Below, piece by piece: positions 36,751-48,098 of a stretch of 64,000 bases of DNA (the first letter of the stretch is position 1; each line of letters begins with the position of its first letter). Source of the stretch: Candidatus Binatia bacterium. Its GTDB lineage: Bacteria; Desulfobacterota; Binatia; Bin18. A model generated the notes under the pieces. That model did no database searches, was not told where the DNA came from, and was given only the letters and a program-made list of their open reading frames with translations. The stretch spans positions 416,001 through 480,000 of the forward strand of contig CAXXHG010000043.1 of the NCBI GenBank assembly GCA_963666315.2, in the 5' to 3' direction. The position numbers and the translations under genes were made by a program.

Positions 36751-37305
36751 ATGGCGCGTTGCTCTCATTCCGAACGTCTTATCCCTCTGCTATACGATGG
36801 CGCGCTTGATAACGCTCTGCGTTATGAGGTTGCTTTCCAGGTCGCCGATTGCCCTGTTTGTACCCGCCGGATGAATGTCATCGAACGAATACAGGAAGTC
36901 CTGTGTCAAACACTTGAGGAGGAAGTGGCGCGCTTGGACTTCTCGGATTTTTGGACCAGCGTCGAGCGGCGACTCGCCGCTCCGCCGCATTCTGTCTGGA
37001 GCCGTGTGTCGAGCCGGTTACGACTGTGGCGGCTGCAGTGGCAACCCATTTTCTCGTGGAACGGTCCTGTATGGGCAACGGCAACGGCGCTCCTCATTTT
37101 TGTGGCTGTGATATTGACCCGTCCTCCTGTTCCGAGGCGAGCTGGCTCAGTACCTCCCGAAAATCCGCCGGTTATGCTCGCTTTAAACAATCAGGCTCAG
37201 ATCGCATCACTGTCTGCGACATCGGCTGTGTTCGTTTGGAATGAGCCGACGAGCAATGCCACTGTCATTTGGGTTGATGGCGGACCGGGAGGAGAGCTGC
37301 CGTGA
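36751..37305 (+). CDS. Membrane-anchored anti-sigma factor (zf-HC2/ZAS-like)
   Basis: C..LLYDG.L..QVADCPVC, single TM, downstream of ECF sigma. Confidence 0.75.
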   Translation: MARCSHSERLIPLLYDGALDNALRYEVAFQVADCPVCTRRMNVIERIQEVLCQTLEEEVARLDFSDFWTSVERRLAAPPHSVWSRVSSRLRLWRLQWQPIFSWNGPVWATATALLIFVAVILTRPPVPRRAGSVPPENPPVMLALNNQAQIASLSATSAVFVWNEPTSNATVIWVDGGPGGELP

Positions 37306-37790
37306 AGCGGTGTTACTGGATCTTTCCCCCTCCCGTCATCATAGGGCTGCTCCTGTTGGCCTCGTCAGCCGGTGCGGACGACATGATCAATCTGCGCGTC
37401 GAGACCGTCTTGGCAACAGATACATCACACGAATTTGATAGTCGTCTTACCGGGATGCGCTCCCAGCTTCTCGCGTTTCGCTATTCTGCGTATCGCCTGG
37501 TTCAAGAAGAGCGCCGGAAAGTCGGCTTTGGCAAGCAGGCAAATTTCTCCTTGCCTGGGGGACGGTTTCTCCAAGTCGTGCCAAAAGAATACGCTAATGG
37601 GAAGATTGCACTGCATGTGATGCTCATGGAAGGAACATCGCCGTCTCCCCTCATGAGTACACTACTTTCCATTCCTAATCGTGGGATGCTTTTCGTAGGT
37701 GGGCAGAAACACCAGGGCGGAACGCTCATCATTCGCATCGGTGCTTCTACCGATGCCTTCCCTGCTGCAATCATACCGACCGAGGAATAG
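37302..37790 (+). CDS. Hypothetical exported protein in ECF operon
   Basis: Signal peptide ending AGA; overlaps anti-sigma stop. Confidence 0.65.
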   Translation: MKRCYWIFPPPVIIGLLLLASSAGADDMINLRVETVLATDTSHEFDSRLTGMRSQLLAFRYSAYRLVQEERRKVGFGKQANFSLPGGRFLQVVPKEYANGKIALHVMLMEGTSPSPLMSTLLSIPNRGMLFVGGQKHQGGTLIIRIGASTDAFPAAIIPTEE

Positions 37791-37991
37791 CCGTTTGCCC
37801 TCCGCTTAAAGAGCAGAGGTCTACGAAAACACGTAGGACCCTACGCTCAGCAGGCTGCCGAGCGGCCACAGATACCACGTGAAGAGATAAAACCGATCTT
37901 GTTGGACAAGACGCAGGATGAGGGCGATGGCTGCGTATCTCCCAGGCTGGCATCATCCTCGCGACATAGGGTCTCGTGGCGGGTTAGGCGG

Positions 37992-38561
37992 CTACAGGGG
38001 AGCGAATTCTGTCCGGAAGAGAGGCAAGGAGGCCTCGATATCACGCAGGAGCGGTGCGATAGCGTCCTTTTCTGAGAGCAGGGGCGTATCAATTGGCCAC
38101 TCAATCCCGATGTCCGGATCATTCCAGGCCAGGCTGATCTCATCTGCCGCATTATAAAAATCAGTGCATTTATATATGATCTGGGCGTGTTCACTGAGGA
38201 CAGCGAATCCATGCGCAAATCCAGGTGGGATATACAGCTGGCGGAAATTCTGTGCAGACAGGACAAGGCCAACCCATTGCTTAAACGTTGGTGACCCTCG
38301 TCGAATATCGACCGCAACATCAAAAATTTCACCTTCGAAGACTCGCATCAGCTTCCCCTGGGGATACTGACGCTGGGCATGGAGGCCACGAATAGCACCT
38401 CGCGCCGATTGTGAGTGGTTGTCCTGGACAAAGGTTGCAGGAATACCGCCTGCCTCGAATTTTCGGGCATGGTAGGTTTCGAGGAAGAAACCGCGTTGGT
38501 CGTGGTGGACCTCTGGTTCAACCACAATGACATCCGGTAATTCGGTTGGGAGAAAGCGCAT
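37992..38561 (-). CDS. rfbC: dTDP-4-dehydrorhamnose 3,5-epimerase
   Basis: DQRGFF, FVQDNHS, RGLH, DVAVDIR, GFAHGF, YKC. Confidence 0.96.
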   Translation of the reverse strand: MRFLPTELPDVIVVEPEVHHDQRGFFLETYHARKFEAGGIPATFVQDNHSQSARGAIRGLHAQRQYPQGKLMRVFEGEIFDVAVDIRRGSPTFKQWVGLVLSAQNFRQLYIPPGFAHGFAVLSEHAQIIYKCTDFYNAADEISLAWNDPDIGIEWPIDTPLLSEKDAIAPLLRDIEASLPLFRTEFAPL

Positions 38562-38569
38562 CTGGGTAT

Positions 38570-39448
38570 CTATTTGTTATGGCCGTTATGCAGCATGCGT
38601 ACCAGATACTGGCCGTAGGCATTCCCTTTCATACTAGCGGCCTGTTGGATGATCTCGGTTGCTGAAATATAGCCCATTTTATACGCAATTTCTTCGACAC
38701 AGGCGACCATTAATCCCTGTCGTTCTTGGAGGGCCTGAATAAAATTGGAGGCTTGGAGTAGCGATTCATGCGTGCCGGTATCCAACCAGGCAATTCCTCT
38801 GCCGAGTTTCTCTACATGCAGGTCTCCCCTGTCGAGATAGGCTCGATTCACATCAGTGATTTCTAATTCTCCGCGGGCAGAAGGCTTGAGGTTCGAGGCA
38901 ATCTGGACTACCTGATTATCATAGAAATACAAGCCGGTGACGGCATAAGTTGAGCGAGGCTCAACTGGCTTCTCTGCCAGGCTGATGGCTTGTCCTTGCG
39001 CATCGAATTCCACCACTCCGTAGCGCTCAGGGTCACGGACTTGGTACGCAAAAACTGTTGCCCCAGCAGTGCGTTGTGTTGCGGTACGGAGAGAGTCAGG
39101 GAAACCGTGTCCGTAGAAAATATTATCGCCAAGCACGAGAACCACCGCATCGCTTCCGATGAAATCGCGACCAATCAAAAAGGCTTGGGCGATACCTTCC
39201 GGATGCGGTTGCGTTGCATATTCTATGTCCATGCCGAGCCACCGTCCGTCTTCCAGGAGGCGCCGAAATCCATCTTGCTCGTGTGGGGTGGTAATCACCA
39301 ACACCTGACGGATACCTGCCAACATGAGGGTCGAGAGCGGATAATAGATCATGGGTTTATCATAGATCGGTGTGAGCTGTTTGCTGACGGCACGAGTAAT
39401 CGGATACAGCCGTGTTCCTGAACCACCGGCGAGAATAATGCCTTTCAT
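38570..39448 (-). CDS. rfbA: Glucose-1-phosphate thymidylyltransferase
   Basis: [37 protein letters not shown]. Confidence 0.97.
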   Translation of the reverse strand: MKGIILAGGSGTRLYPITRAVSKQLTPIYDKPMIYYPLSTLMLAGIRQVLVITTPHEQDGFRRLLEDGRWLGMDIEYATQPHPEGIAQAFLIGRDFIGSDAVVLVLGDNIFYGHGFPDSLRTATQRTAGATVFAYQVRDPERYGVVEFDAQGQAISLAEKPVEPRSTYAVTGLYFYDNQVVQIASNLKPSARGELEITDVNRAYLDRGDLHVEKLGRGIAWLDTGTHESLLQASNFIQALQERQGLMVACVEEIAYKMGYISATEIIQQAASMKGNAYGQYLVRMLHNGHNK

Positions 39449-39485
39449 GATCGATCCTCTCTCGATTCCTCGTATCGCGGACGCC

Positions 39486-40610
39486 TTACGAGGGCGTTTG
39501 TGAGTTGGGTTTTTCTGTGGACGAGGAGCCGAGCCCGAGCCGTTCTCGGTCATACGTATCCGTCTGAATGGTTGCACACCATGCTCGATTGTCCAGATAC
39601 CAGCGGATCGTCTGGGCTATGCCACGGTCAAAATCGTATTGTGGTCTCCAGCCCAGCTCGGTCCGGATCTTGGTGGCATCGATCGCATAGCGTCGATCAT
39701 GGCCAGGACGATCTTTCACATAGGTGATGAGGGCTGCGTAATCCTGAATCCCCTGCTGTTTCAGCGCAGGATTGTCTGCCGCCGGGAGGAGGTCTTCCAA
39801 GGTTGTGCAGATACGGTTTACAATCTCTCTATTCGTTTGCTCATTACCACCGCCGATATTATATTTTTCACCAACCGCGCCTTGACGTAAGGCGAGCAAT
39901 ATCCCTGTGCAATGATCCTCGACATGCAGCCAGTCGCGAATATTTTTCCCATCGCCATAGATGGGGAGCGGTTTCCCCTCAACCGCATTGAGAATCATTA
40001 ACGGAATGAGTTTTTCCGGAAACTGATACGAGCCATAATTGTTCGAGCAATTTGTGATGAGAGTCTGTAGGCCGTAGGTTTCGTGGTAGGCTCGCACGAA
40101 ATGGTCGGCACTCGCCTTTGAAGCCGAGTAGGGTGAATTCGGGGCATAGGGAGTAGTTTCGGAAAAGGCGCCTATTGCCCCGAGCGTTCCATACACTTCA
40201 TCAGTCGAGACGTGCAAAAATCGGAATTGCTGCCGGTCGTTTGCGCTGAGCGTAGCCACGTATATTCGAGCGGCGTCAAGTAAATAAAAAGTCCCAACAA
40301 GATTTGTCTCAACAAACGGCCATGGGCTGTCTATGGATCGATCAACATGGGTCTCAGCGGCAAAGTTCACAAGAGCGGTCGGCTGATAAGTCTGGAACAT
40401 CGCCGCCGCCGCCTCTTTATCGGCAATATCGGCTTGGAGGAAGGTGAAGCGAGAGTCGTGCTGTACGTCTTCCAGGTTGGCCAGGCGCCCTGCGTAGGTC
40501 AATTTATCGACGACAACAACGCGTGCATCTGTTTCCTTCATCACGAGTTGGACAAAATTGCATCCAATAAACCCGGCTCCACCTGTAATGAGTATTGTCT
40601 CCATGCGCAT
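39486..40610 (-). CDS. rfbB: dTDP-glucose 4,6-dehydratase
   Basis: [47 protein letters not shown]. Confidence 0.97.
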   Translation of the reverse strand: MRMETILITGGAGFIGCNFVQLVMKETDARVVVVDKLTYAGRLANLEDVQHDSRFTFLQADIADKEAAAAMFQTYQPTALVNFAAETHVDRSIDSPWPFVETNLVGTFYLLDAARIYVATLSANDRQQFRFLHVSTDEVYGTLGAIGAFSETTPYAPNSPYSASKASADHFVRAYHETYGLQTLITNCSNNYGSYQFPEKLIPLMILNAVEGKPLPIYGDGKNIRDWLHVEDHCTGILLALRQGAVGEKYNIGGGNEQTNREIVNRICTTLEDLLPAADNPALKQQGIQDYAALITYVKDRPGHDRRYAIDATKIRTELGWRPQYDFDRGIAQTIRWYLDNRAWCATIQTDTYDRERLGLGSSSTEKPNSQTPS

Positions 40611-40825
40611 ATCCCGTGTGTCCCTTTGGTCCCTCTGGCCCTGGCAACATAAGTGAGAACAAGGGCTGCTGACAGTCCATGCTTTCTCGCTGCCGCAAAG
40701 CCACTCTGTAAGAGAGACACGCCTGTCTAGCTGAACTCTATGAGATCAGTCAATTCCCACGGAGTCCAGCTGTATGATCTGAAAGGGACAAAAAAACAAG
40801 AGCGCGTCCCATCCGCCCGGCCAGA

Positions 40826-42255
40826 TTAGGCCGTGGTATTTGTGAGGGGTACGACCGTTGCGGTTGCTGTCGGATGAGAGCCAACACCATTGGTCGTAAC
40901 CGGCGGACTGGATGGAGTGGGAAGAAAGCCCGACAATACCTCCCGGTAGGATGTACCATTCAAGCGAAATGCAGGTCTGGTCTGATCCACGCCGGTATAA
41001 TAACGCAGCAGGGTGAGATAGCGCCGGACTAATTCTGGCAGTAAGAAGTTTTGTCGTACATGTGCTTGGGCCTGTTTCCCCAGCTGGGCAGTTTGCTCCG
41101 GATCATCTAGAATCTGAGCCATTTTTGTGGCAATAGCTTCGACATCAAGCGGCTCGACGAGATAACCGGTTTTTCCGTCTACAACCTGTTGCACGATTCC
41201 ACCAACGCGGGAACCAATGACCGGTCCCTTGCCACAAGGCCTCGGATACCACCAGGCCAAAACCTTCGCGTGTTGAGACATGGACGAAGCCGCGCGCAAG
41301 ACGCATGGGGGAGCCGACCACCTGATCGTTGTTTTCGACATTGACCCAAAAGTGGATATCCGGATCGTCGTCGGCTTGTGCTTTGAGTTGCGCAAGCGTG
41401 GCTTCCCCTTCTGGATCGTCTGTTGCCGTGTTGCCCAAGAAGATGAGAGAGGGTGCAGGGTCGTAGACCTTCTCTTCACGTAGCCGCTTGAATGCTCCAA
41501 TTATGGAGGCCTGATTTTTATGCATATCGTAGCGCGAAATTGCGGCCAGAATCAGTCGATCCGGATCGATAGTATGCTGCTGGAAAAGCGGCGCGAGAAT
41601 ATCCTTTGCCTGATTCTCCGTATATTGCCGGTTCTTCTCTGCGCGCGGGTCAATGCACGGGGTAATTTGATACTGCGGGATGTGCAGACTAGGTCCAACA
41701 AACTCCGGCATGGTGAAAATTGCCCCAGCGTACTGGTTGATATACGGGGCCAGAAAGCGCCACACCGTAGGGTTCGGGGTTGAGGTTTCAATATGGCATC
41801 GCCACAGGACATTGCCTATGAACACCCCATGCATAATGAGCGCTGCGGGTTGGGGGTCGTGGACGATAATTGGATCAGATTCGATCTGGACGTTTTGCGC
41901 ATTCGCTGCGAGAGTAACCAGATAGGTTTCGAAGAGTTCTTGGAGGGAAATCGGCTGGTCTACACCTTGGAGCGTATTGTGAAATTTCTTGGTGATCTGG
42001 AAGAAGGCGTCGTGGCCTTGAAATGGTGGACCAGCTGGCCTGGACCCCGAGTGAACAACCTAGGGGAATGACGCTACGCAGCATTTCCGCCACCCCTCCG
42101 CCAACAAAGGTGGAATTGATATTGGCCCAGCCTCGACCTTCGACTGCACCGGCCAAGTGTTTGAGCGCATCGACCCGTTCCTGTCCGATATACGGCTCGT
42201 ATTCGTCTACGGTGAGAGTCGCTTCGGGTTGATATTCTTCCAACAATGCGCTCAT
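40826..42255 (-). CDS. treT: Trehalose synthase TreT-like GT4 glycosyltransferase, split by frameshifts (~42020, ~41820, ~41225)
   Basis: INSTFVGGGVAEML, HDPQP, WRCHI, ISRYDMHKN, STREGFGLVVSEALW, GKPVIGS.VGGI-like motif across frames. Confidence 0.8.
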
Positions 42256-42539
42256 ATTACTCACACTGCCCCTCCCTTGCACCACCCGTATCTCCATCCC
42301 TATATGAGAACATTCGGCTGTCAGAGAAGAACTCTTAAGCGAGATTGGTTCTCATGGCGTATGTCAAACACGAGATAACGAAAGAATATGGCGCCATAAA
42401 AAGTCCGAATCGAGGCGGCTTGTCAATAGGGGGGGCAGGGACAGAAGACTGCTAAGGGCAAGCGGGCGCTCGCTCTTCCTTGATCTGGGCTTTGGGTAAG
42501 GCCGACGGGTGTCTGAGAAATTTGGCAAATTCACGCGGC

Positions 42540-44105
42540 TCAGGCGTTCCGGTGCTCAGGGCGAAGCAGGTCCATTACCGTCTTAACCGGATGAAATGTA
42601 CTGCTTGGTACTTCTACAAAGGCGGTATTCCAATATGCCATCGCACCGTTCCAGAGGCCCGGTAATTCGAGCGCGTGTAGCGGACGCCCGTCTTTTGATT
42701 TCTCAGAAATAAAGCCGGTATCGGGGTCAGTAAAACGTATCAAATCAAACGGCTGACCCTGATAGTCTCGGACGCCGCACACAAGATCGACAGGATTGAA
42801 ATGGGTCGCGGATTCCCAAATCGCTCGCTGGTTACGCCTCGTCATAGCAACCTGTGAGGACTCGACAATTTGGAGCGAAGTAGTTCCGCCGGCCTGTGTG
42901 ACCCAGAATGGTCCTCCGCCTGGCTCGCCCGTATTTCTGACCACGCCACACACGCGGAGTGGGCGATTGAGTCGATCAACCAGAAAGGCCCGTTTCTCTT
43001 GCGTTGAGAGGCGGGTGAAGTCTGAGGGAAATGTCAGCGCCAGCTTTTCTTGAGCAAATGAGTCGGCTGTCTCAGTAACCCGCTCTAGGGCTGGATCGGA
43101 CTCCAACCTTTCGAGATAGGAGAAAATTCCTTGCTGTAATTGGAGCAGGTAGCCGCACAGGAGCTTTTTATACCGATACGTATCGGCTTTGAGTTGGTCG
43201 GGCAGCACATTATCGATATTCTTAATAAAAATAATATCGCCCTGAAGATCATTGAGATTTTCTAATAATGCGCCATGCCCACCTGGACGAAAGACGAGCC
43301 TGGCATCATTTCCTCGAAACGGAATGTTGTGAGGATCCACGGCAATCGTGTCGGTAGAGGGCTTTTGAACGGAATACGAAAGGTCGAATTGACAGCCCTT
43401 TTGTCCATAGCGTTCCTGAACCAGAGCGAGGTAGGCTTGAATGGCTTGTTGATGCTGTGCAGGAACAGTGAAATGGACGCGTGCCACGGATGATGCATCC
43501 TGCGCATACTCAGCCGCTTCAACAAGATGTTCCTCAAAAGGGGTCCTGGTGTGATCGGTGTACGCATGGAATTTGATGAGCCCCTTGGGTTGATTGGCAT
43601 AATCTAACCCTGCTGGCGTGAGCAGATAGGTTAGGAGAACGTCATATCTACCCTGGCTCAGGACGCTGTCCAGATTGTATCCGTCCTTTTGCAGGGCGAT
43701 CTGGAGATCTGTCGAAAAGGCGAAGTGTTGGCATTCTGTGATAAATTTCTGGAATGCTAGGCAGGCGAGATCCCCACCCTCAGCTTCGTTCGTCAGCGTT
43801 TGTTTTGTCAGCAAACCCGGGGACTCGGAAAAAGAGAGGAGCAATGTGAACATCCGACTTGCTGCACCCGAGGCCGGGACAAATTTTGTGATCCGCCCTG
43901 CGTCGGCGGCAGCAGCATGTAGAGAGGCCAAACGGTCTTGTCCATCGAGCAACGTTGTTATCCCGTCGCCTAGCGTACACGGTCGATCTAATTGAATGGT
44001 AGGAAATCCCTGCTGAAACTGTTCGATATCTGAGGCTATTTTCTCAGGAGTGCTACCGCGCGCCCGGATTTCTTTGAGATCCTGATCATTCCATTCATAC
44101 GGCAT
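42540..44105 (-). CDS. DUF4301 family protein (NDP-sugar pyrophosphorylase-like fold)
   Basis: KFVPASGAASRMF, FRPGGHGAL, IKNIDN, GEPGGGPFW, THFNPVDLVC, LELPGLWNGAM. Confidence 0.88.
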   Translation of the reverse strand: MPYEWNDQDLKEIRARGSTPEKIASDIEQFQQGFPTIQLDRPCTLGDGITTLLDGQDRLASLHAAAADAGRITKFVPASGAASRMFTLLLSFSESPGLLTKQTLTNEAEGGDLACLAFQKFITECQHFAFSTDLQIALQKDGYNLDSVLSQGRYDVLLTYLLTPAGLDYANQPKGLIKFHAYTDHTRTPFEEHLVEAAEYAQDASSVARVHFTVPAQHQQAIQAYLALVQERYGQKGCQFDLSYSVQKPSTDTIAVDPHNIPFRGNDARLVFRPGGHGALLENLNDLQGDIIFIKNIDNVLPDQLKADTYRYKKLLCGYLLQLQQGIFSYLERLESDPALERVTETADSFAQEKLALTFPSDFTRLSTQEKRAFLVDRLNRPLRVCGVVRNTGEPGGGPFWVTQAGGTTSLQIVESSQVAMTRRNQRAIWESATHFNPVDLVCGVRDYQGQPFDLIRFTDPDTGFISEKSKDGRPLHALELPGLWNGAMAYWNTAFVEVPSSTFHPVKTVMDLLRPEHRNA

Positions 44106-44257
44106 GCTAACCGATCTCCACCGTTCCCTGACTGAGAAGTCTCTTCCTGGGCAGGAAGTTCTCAGCCCACCCTCTTATTCTCCCTCAGAGTTGCGCGAAA
44201 GGCAAAAGTGTAGCGGAGAGGAGGGCGGGAGATCTCGCTCGTAGGCTGCTGGAGCGA

Positions 44258-45253
44258 CTATGAATTGTGTCGTGGACATCGCAGCTCAATCAGCCCGATC
44301 TCGGGAGGACACAAGAATCGTACGGGCAGCCCTGAGGAGCCAACCCCAGTACTCGTATAGCCCTGCATGGCGCGGTACTGCCAGCGGCCTTGCGTGTAGT
44401 GCCGTTTGCAGCTGGCATTAAGCAGCGGTGGGCCAATAAAAGGGAGAGCAATCTGTCCGCCGTGGGTATGACCACATAGGTAGAGGTCTATCCCATGAGC
44501 TGCGGCTTCTTGGATGATTTCGGGAGTGTGGACGAGGAGGAGGGTAAAGCCGTCCTGGGGCAAGCTGTGCAGCGCGCCGACCAAGTCGTCACAGCCGTAG
44601 TAATGTGGATCGTCGAGGCCGATCAACCACAGGCTCTCGGCTCCCTCTTGTATCTCGACTGCATCATTGACCAACATTTTGATGCCGAGTTGCTCCAGTT
44701 CAGCAACCTCCTCCGACACATCATGATTTCCAAGAATCCCGAAAGTCCCCAGACGGGGATGGATGCCTTTCAACATTTTTTCCATGGCTGGGTAAATGCC
44801 GTCACGCGGACCGGAGACATCAAAGCGGTAATCCCCAGTGAGGACGCATAGGTCGATATCCAGGGGGCGGATACACTCGACAATCTGCTCGGCGAGACCG
44901 GGCATCCCGTCTATATGCAAGTCTGAGAGATGCAAAATTTTGAGGCCGCAGAACGACTCCGGCAAGGGATCCATAACGAAGCGTTGGCGAGAGATCTGTG
45001 GTGCCAAGGCATTACTCTTGCCTTGATCCAGGAGGCCGAGGGCATTCAGGCCGCAGCGCAAGACGGGGATTAAAAAATATTGCGCGGCAAGATGGAAGGC
45101 TCTGCGTCCACGACCAGACCAGGAAGGAGCCCGTCCGTGTTCAATTGCGAGCCGTTTTTGCCATAGGTCCTCTTTGTTTTGTCTCTCATGTGGAAATGTC
45201 TCCGGCCGGGCGGTCGGGAGCGGTGGAAAATCTAAGATACGCGGAAGAGTCAT
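44258..45253 (-). CDS. Calcineurin-like metallophosphoesterase (YkuE-like)
   Basis: SDLH, TGDY, GNHD, GHTHGGQ motifs. Confidence 0.92.
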   Translation of the reverse strand: MTLPRILDFPPLPTARPETFPHERQNKEDLWQKRLAIEHGRAPSWSGRGRRAFHLAAQYFLIPVLRCGLNALGLLDQGKSNALAPQISRQRFVMDPLPESFCGLKILHLSDLHIDGMPGLAEQIVECIRPLDIDLCVLTGDYRFDVSGPRDGIYPAMEKMLKGIHPRLGTFGILGNHDVSEEVAELEQLGIKMLVNDAVEIQEGAESLWLIGLDDPHYYGCDDLVGALHSLPQDGFTLLLVHTPEIIQEAAAHGIDLYLCGHTHGGQIALPFIGPPLLNASCKRHYTQGRWQYRAMQGYTSTGVGSSGLPVRFLCPPEIGLIELRCPRHNS

Positions 45254-45519
45254 ACAGGTCGTCTCGCGGATTGTCTTGGTTCGGAACACACGGAGAAGAA
45301 TGCCGTCGCGATCGTGCTACTAGGCGAACCATCTGGAATATGGTTGCATGCGTACGCGTACACGTACGGCTGCTTCTCCGCCTTCTCAGTCGGCAGCCGC
45401 AAGAGGAGATTTAGGGCTAGGGTAGGGTAGCGTTGCACGTTAATGTTTTGAATGGATGTTTTGAATGGCGAAGGGAATTTCGAGAGGCGATAGTAGTGGG
45501 TTCTGAGGAGGATAGCTAG

Positions 45520-46551
45520 ATGGCCGTTGAGATACCCGTACTCACTCAACAATTACAAGAATTCTGTCTGACCCATTACGGGCAAGAGGCGGTTGTGAGC
45601 CAGGTTGAAGCCATGCCCGGTCATGCCGGACTCAGCTTTGGTTTCACTGTTGCGTACCAGCAGGACGGACAGCCGGACCAAGAATCGCTCGTCATGCGTA
45701 TTCCGCCTAAAGGCGTTCGCCAGAGCGGAAATACGGATGTCCTGCGCCAAGCGCCTCTCCTGCGCACCCTTAAAAAGAACGGCATAGCCGTGCCGACCGT
45801 ACGCTGGGCCGGGGACGATTTGCGCTGGTTTGAAGTACCGTATGTGATGGTCGAACGCCTTCCTGGTCGAACGTTTCATGTCTGGGAACCGGATCAGTCG
45901 TTTGAGTGTAGCGCGCAAGCGATTGCCCCGCTCTATGAGCAAGGGGTGCAGGCATTGGTGCAAGTCCACCAGCTTGACTGGAAAACCGAACTCGCCGGCT
46001 GGGAAGATCTTCGCTCGCTCGAACAAGAAATTCATTTTTGGGGTCCCATTTTGGCCAAGGCGGCTGAACCGGAGTGGATTACCTGGGGTGAGGAGGTCCG
46101 TGAGCTTTTACTGGCTCACCAACCGACAGATCCACCCATGGGGCTTTTTCACGGAGACTATCAGGGCACGAATTTGCTTTTCGATAAGCGCTCGGACGGC
46201 GAGAAACTGGTGGCGCTCTTAGATTGGGAGATTTCCGGCATTAGTGGACACCTCTTGGATTTAGGCTGGTTGCTGGTGTTCATTGACCCGGAAAGCTGGG
46301 ATTCCGAGCGGCGACCCATTACCGTTACTCCGCCGATTGAGGACCTCGTGGCTCTGTATGAAGATGGGATGCAGCGTACCGTGCCGGATATCAAGTGGTA
46401 CCGTGCGCTGGCCGGCTACCGCTTTGGAGCGATCAGTTGCTTTAACGTCATGCTCCACCGTCGAGGCAAGCGCCATGACCCGGAGTGGGAGCTGATCGCG
46501 CCATCGGTCAAAACGCTCTTTGGCCGGGCCAAGGAGTTGCTACTCAGTTAG
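45520..46551 (+). CDS. APH-like phosphotransferase family protein (ACAD10 N-terminal-like)
   Basis: VMRIPP, HGDY..N, LLDWEIS, DLGW. Confidence 0.88.
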   Translation: MAVEIPVLTQQLQEFCLTHYGQEAVVSQVEAMPGHAGLSFGFTVAYQQDGQPDQESLVMRIPPKGVRQSGNTDVLRQAPLLRTLKKNGIAVPTVRWAGDDLRWFEVPYVMVERLPGRTFHVWEPDQSFECSAQAIAPLYEQGVQALVQVHQLDWKTELAGWEDLRSLEQEIHFWGPILAKAAEPEWITWGEEVRELLLAHQPTDPPMGLFHGDYQGTNLLFDKRSDGEKLVALLDWEISGISGHLLDLGWLLVFIDPESWDSERRPITVTPPIEDLVALYEDGMQRTVPDIKWYRALAGYRFGAISCFNVMLHRRGKRHDPEWELIAPSVKTLFGRAKELLLS

Positions 46552-46629
46552 TCCTGTTATTCAGAAATTAGGCCGGTTATCATCAGTCCAGTCTCAGAAC
46601 CCAATCTCAGAACGCGGAGGAGGCGCCCT

Positions 46630-47046
46630 ATATCCACCGAAGCAAATAAACAGATTGTCAAAGATTCTTTTGCGGCACTCTCAAGAGGCGATAACGAAGC
46701 AGGCTTTCAGCTGCTAGCCGGTGATATGACCTGGACCGTGATTGGTGACACGCCGGTCTCAGGGACGTATCGGGGTCTGAAAGCGATCCAAGAGGACTTC
46801 CTCGGCAAGGTATTTCAGCAGATCGATCAGGAGGCCGGGATTGCGCTGGAAATGGTCGAGTTGATCGCTGAAGGTGATGAAGTCGTTGCTCGAATCAAAG
46901 GGACGGTCACCGGAAAATACGGGCCGTATAATAATCGCTATTATCACGTGTTTACTGTTCGTGACGGAAAAATCGTTGAGAATATCGAACATCTGGATAC
47001 GGCCTTAATTGAGACCGCACTCTACGGTAAGAAACTGGTCGCATGA
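46630..47046 (+). CDS. SnoaL/NTF2-like (ketosteroid isomerase-like) protein; expected start codon reads ATA
   Basis: GGAGGAGG RBS then in-frame ATA-STEANKQIVKDSF; IAEGDEV, YNNRY..VFTVRDGKI. Confidence 0.8.
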   Translation: MSTEANKQIVKDSFAALSRGDNEAGFQLLAGDMTWTVIGDTPVSGTYRGLKAIQEDFLGKVFQQIDQEAGIALEMVELIAEGDEVVARIKGTVTGKYGPYNNRYYHVFTVRDGKIVENIEHLDTALIETALYGKKLVA

Positions 47047-48098
47047 CCGAGCGTCCCTCACGCATCGTTACCTCCGATGCTTTGCGAGATTTCATCGTGC
47101 AGCTGCTGCGAGCAGCCGGCTGTCTGGATGAGGCAGCCAAAACCACAGCCGACGTTTTACTCGAGGCCGATCTGCGCGGGTATGGCACGCACGGCCTCTT
47201 GCGTTTGCCGACGATGATCCGTCGTATTCAGCGCGGGATGATCAATCCGCAGGCGCAACCGCACGTCATCAAAGAGTCTGAGGCAAGCGCGCTGATTGAT
47301 GCAGATCGAGCCTTAGGACCAGTCGGCGTTACTTCTGCCGCTCGCTTGGCTATCCGCAAGGCCAAACAAGCGGGTAGTGCGGTAGTTGGCGTAATCAACT
47401 GCGACCATATCTGCATGGCCGGCTACTACGTTGAACAGATCGCTAAAGCGGGCTGTGTCGGCATCCTTGCCGGAGTCACCCAACCCCTGGTGCATCCTTT
47501 AGGCGGGGTAGAACGGCTCCTTGGAACCAACCCTTTCGCCGTCGCAATTCCAACCGCTAGAGATGTCCCTGTGCTACTAGACTTTGCCACCAGCGCGATT
47601 GCTTTTGGTACGGTCCTTCAGTCCAAAGCCCATCGTGAGCCTTTACCCCGAGGAGTAGCGGTCGGTCCGGACGGGCGACCCACGACGGATGCCGAGCAAG
47701 CCGCGGAAGGCGCGTTGGCCCCGTTCGGCGGACACAAAGGGTATGGTTTGGGGCTCATCTTGGGCCTGTTGGCAGGCCCGTTGCTAGGCGCGAAAGTCGG
47801 CAAAACCCTAGGGCAGGCCGTTAAAGAAGGCCACTACGACAAAGGGGAACTGCTTATCGCGATAGATCCCGCTATGTTTGGTGATCCGGCTCTCTTCCGT
47901 ACCACCGTTGAGGCGCATATCGCGGAGATTAAAGCGGTCAAGAAAGCGCCTGGGGTCGAAGAAATCCGCGTCCCTGGCGAACGTAGTTTCGCCGAACGTG
48001 AGCGTCGAATTCGTGCGGGAGTCCCAGTAGAAGACGGGCTATGGGAGCAGGTCGGCGAATTGGCGCAGGAGTTCGAGATCAGCCTGCCTGCGCCATAA
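47043..48098 (+). CDS. Ldh_2 family (malate/L-lactate/sulfolactate-type) NAD(P)-dependent dehydrogenase
   Basis: ADLRG..THG, GTNP, LDFATS, GGHKGYGL, IDP, RVPGE. Confidence 0.9.
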   Translation: MTERPSRIVTSDALRDFIVQLLRAAGCLDEAAKTTADVLLEADLRGYGTHGLLRLPTMIRRIQRGMINPQAQPHVIKESEASALIDADRALGPVGVTSAARLAIRKAKQAGSAVVGVINCDHICMAGYYVEQIAKAGCVGILAGVTQPLVHPLGGVERLLGTNPFAVAIPTARDVPVLLDFATSAIAFGTVLQSKAHREPLPRGVAVGPDGRPTTDAEQAAEGALAPFGGHKGYGLGLILGLLAGPLLGAKVGKTLGQAVKEGHYDKGELLIAIDPAMFGDPALFRTTVEAHIAEIKAVKKAPGVEEIRVPGERSFAERERRIRAGVPVEDGLWEQVGELAQEFEISLPAP

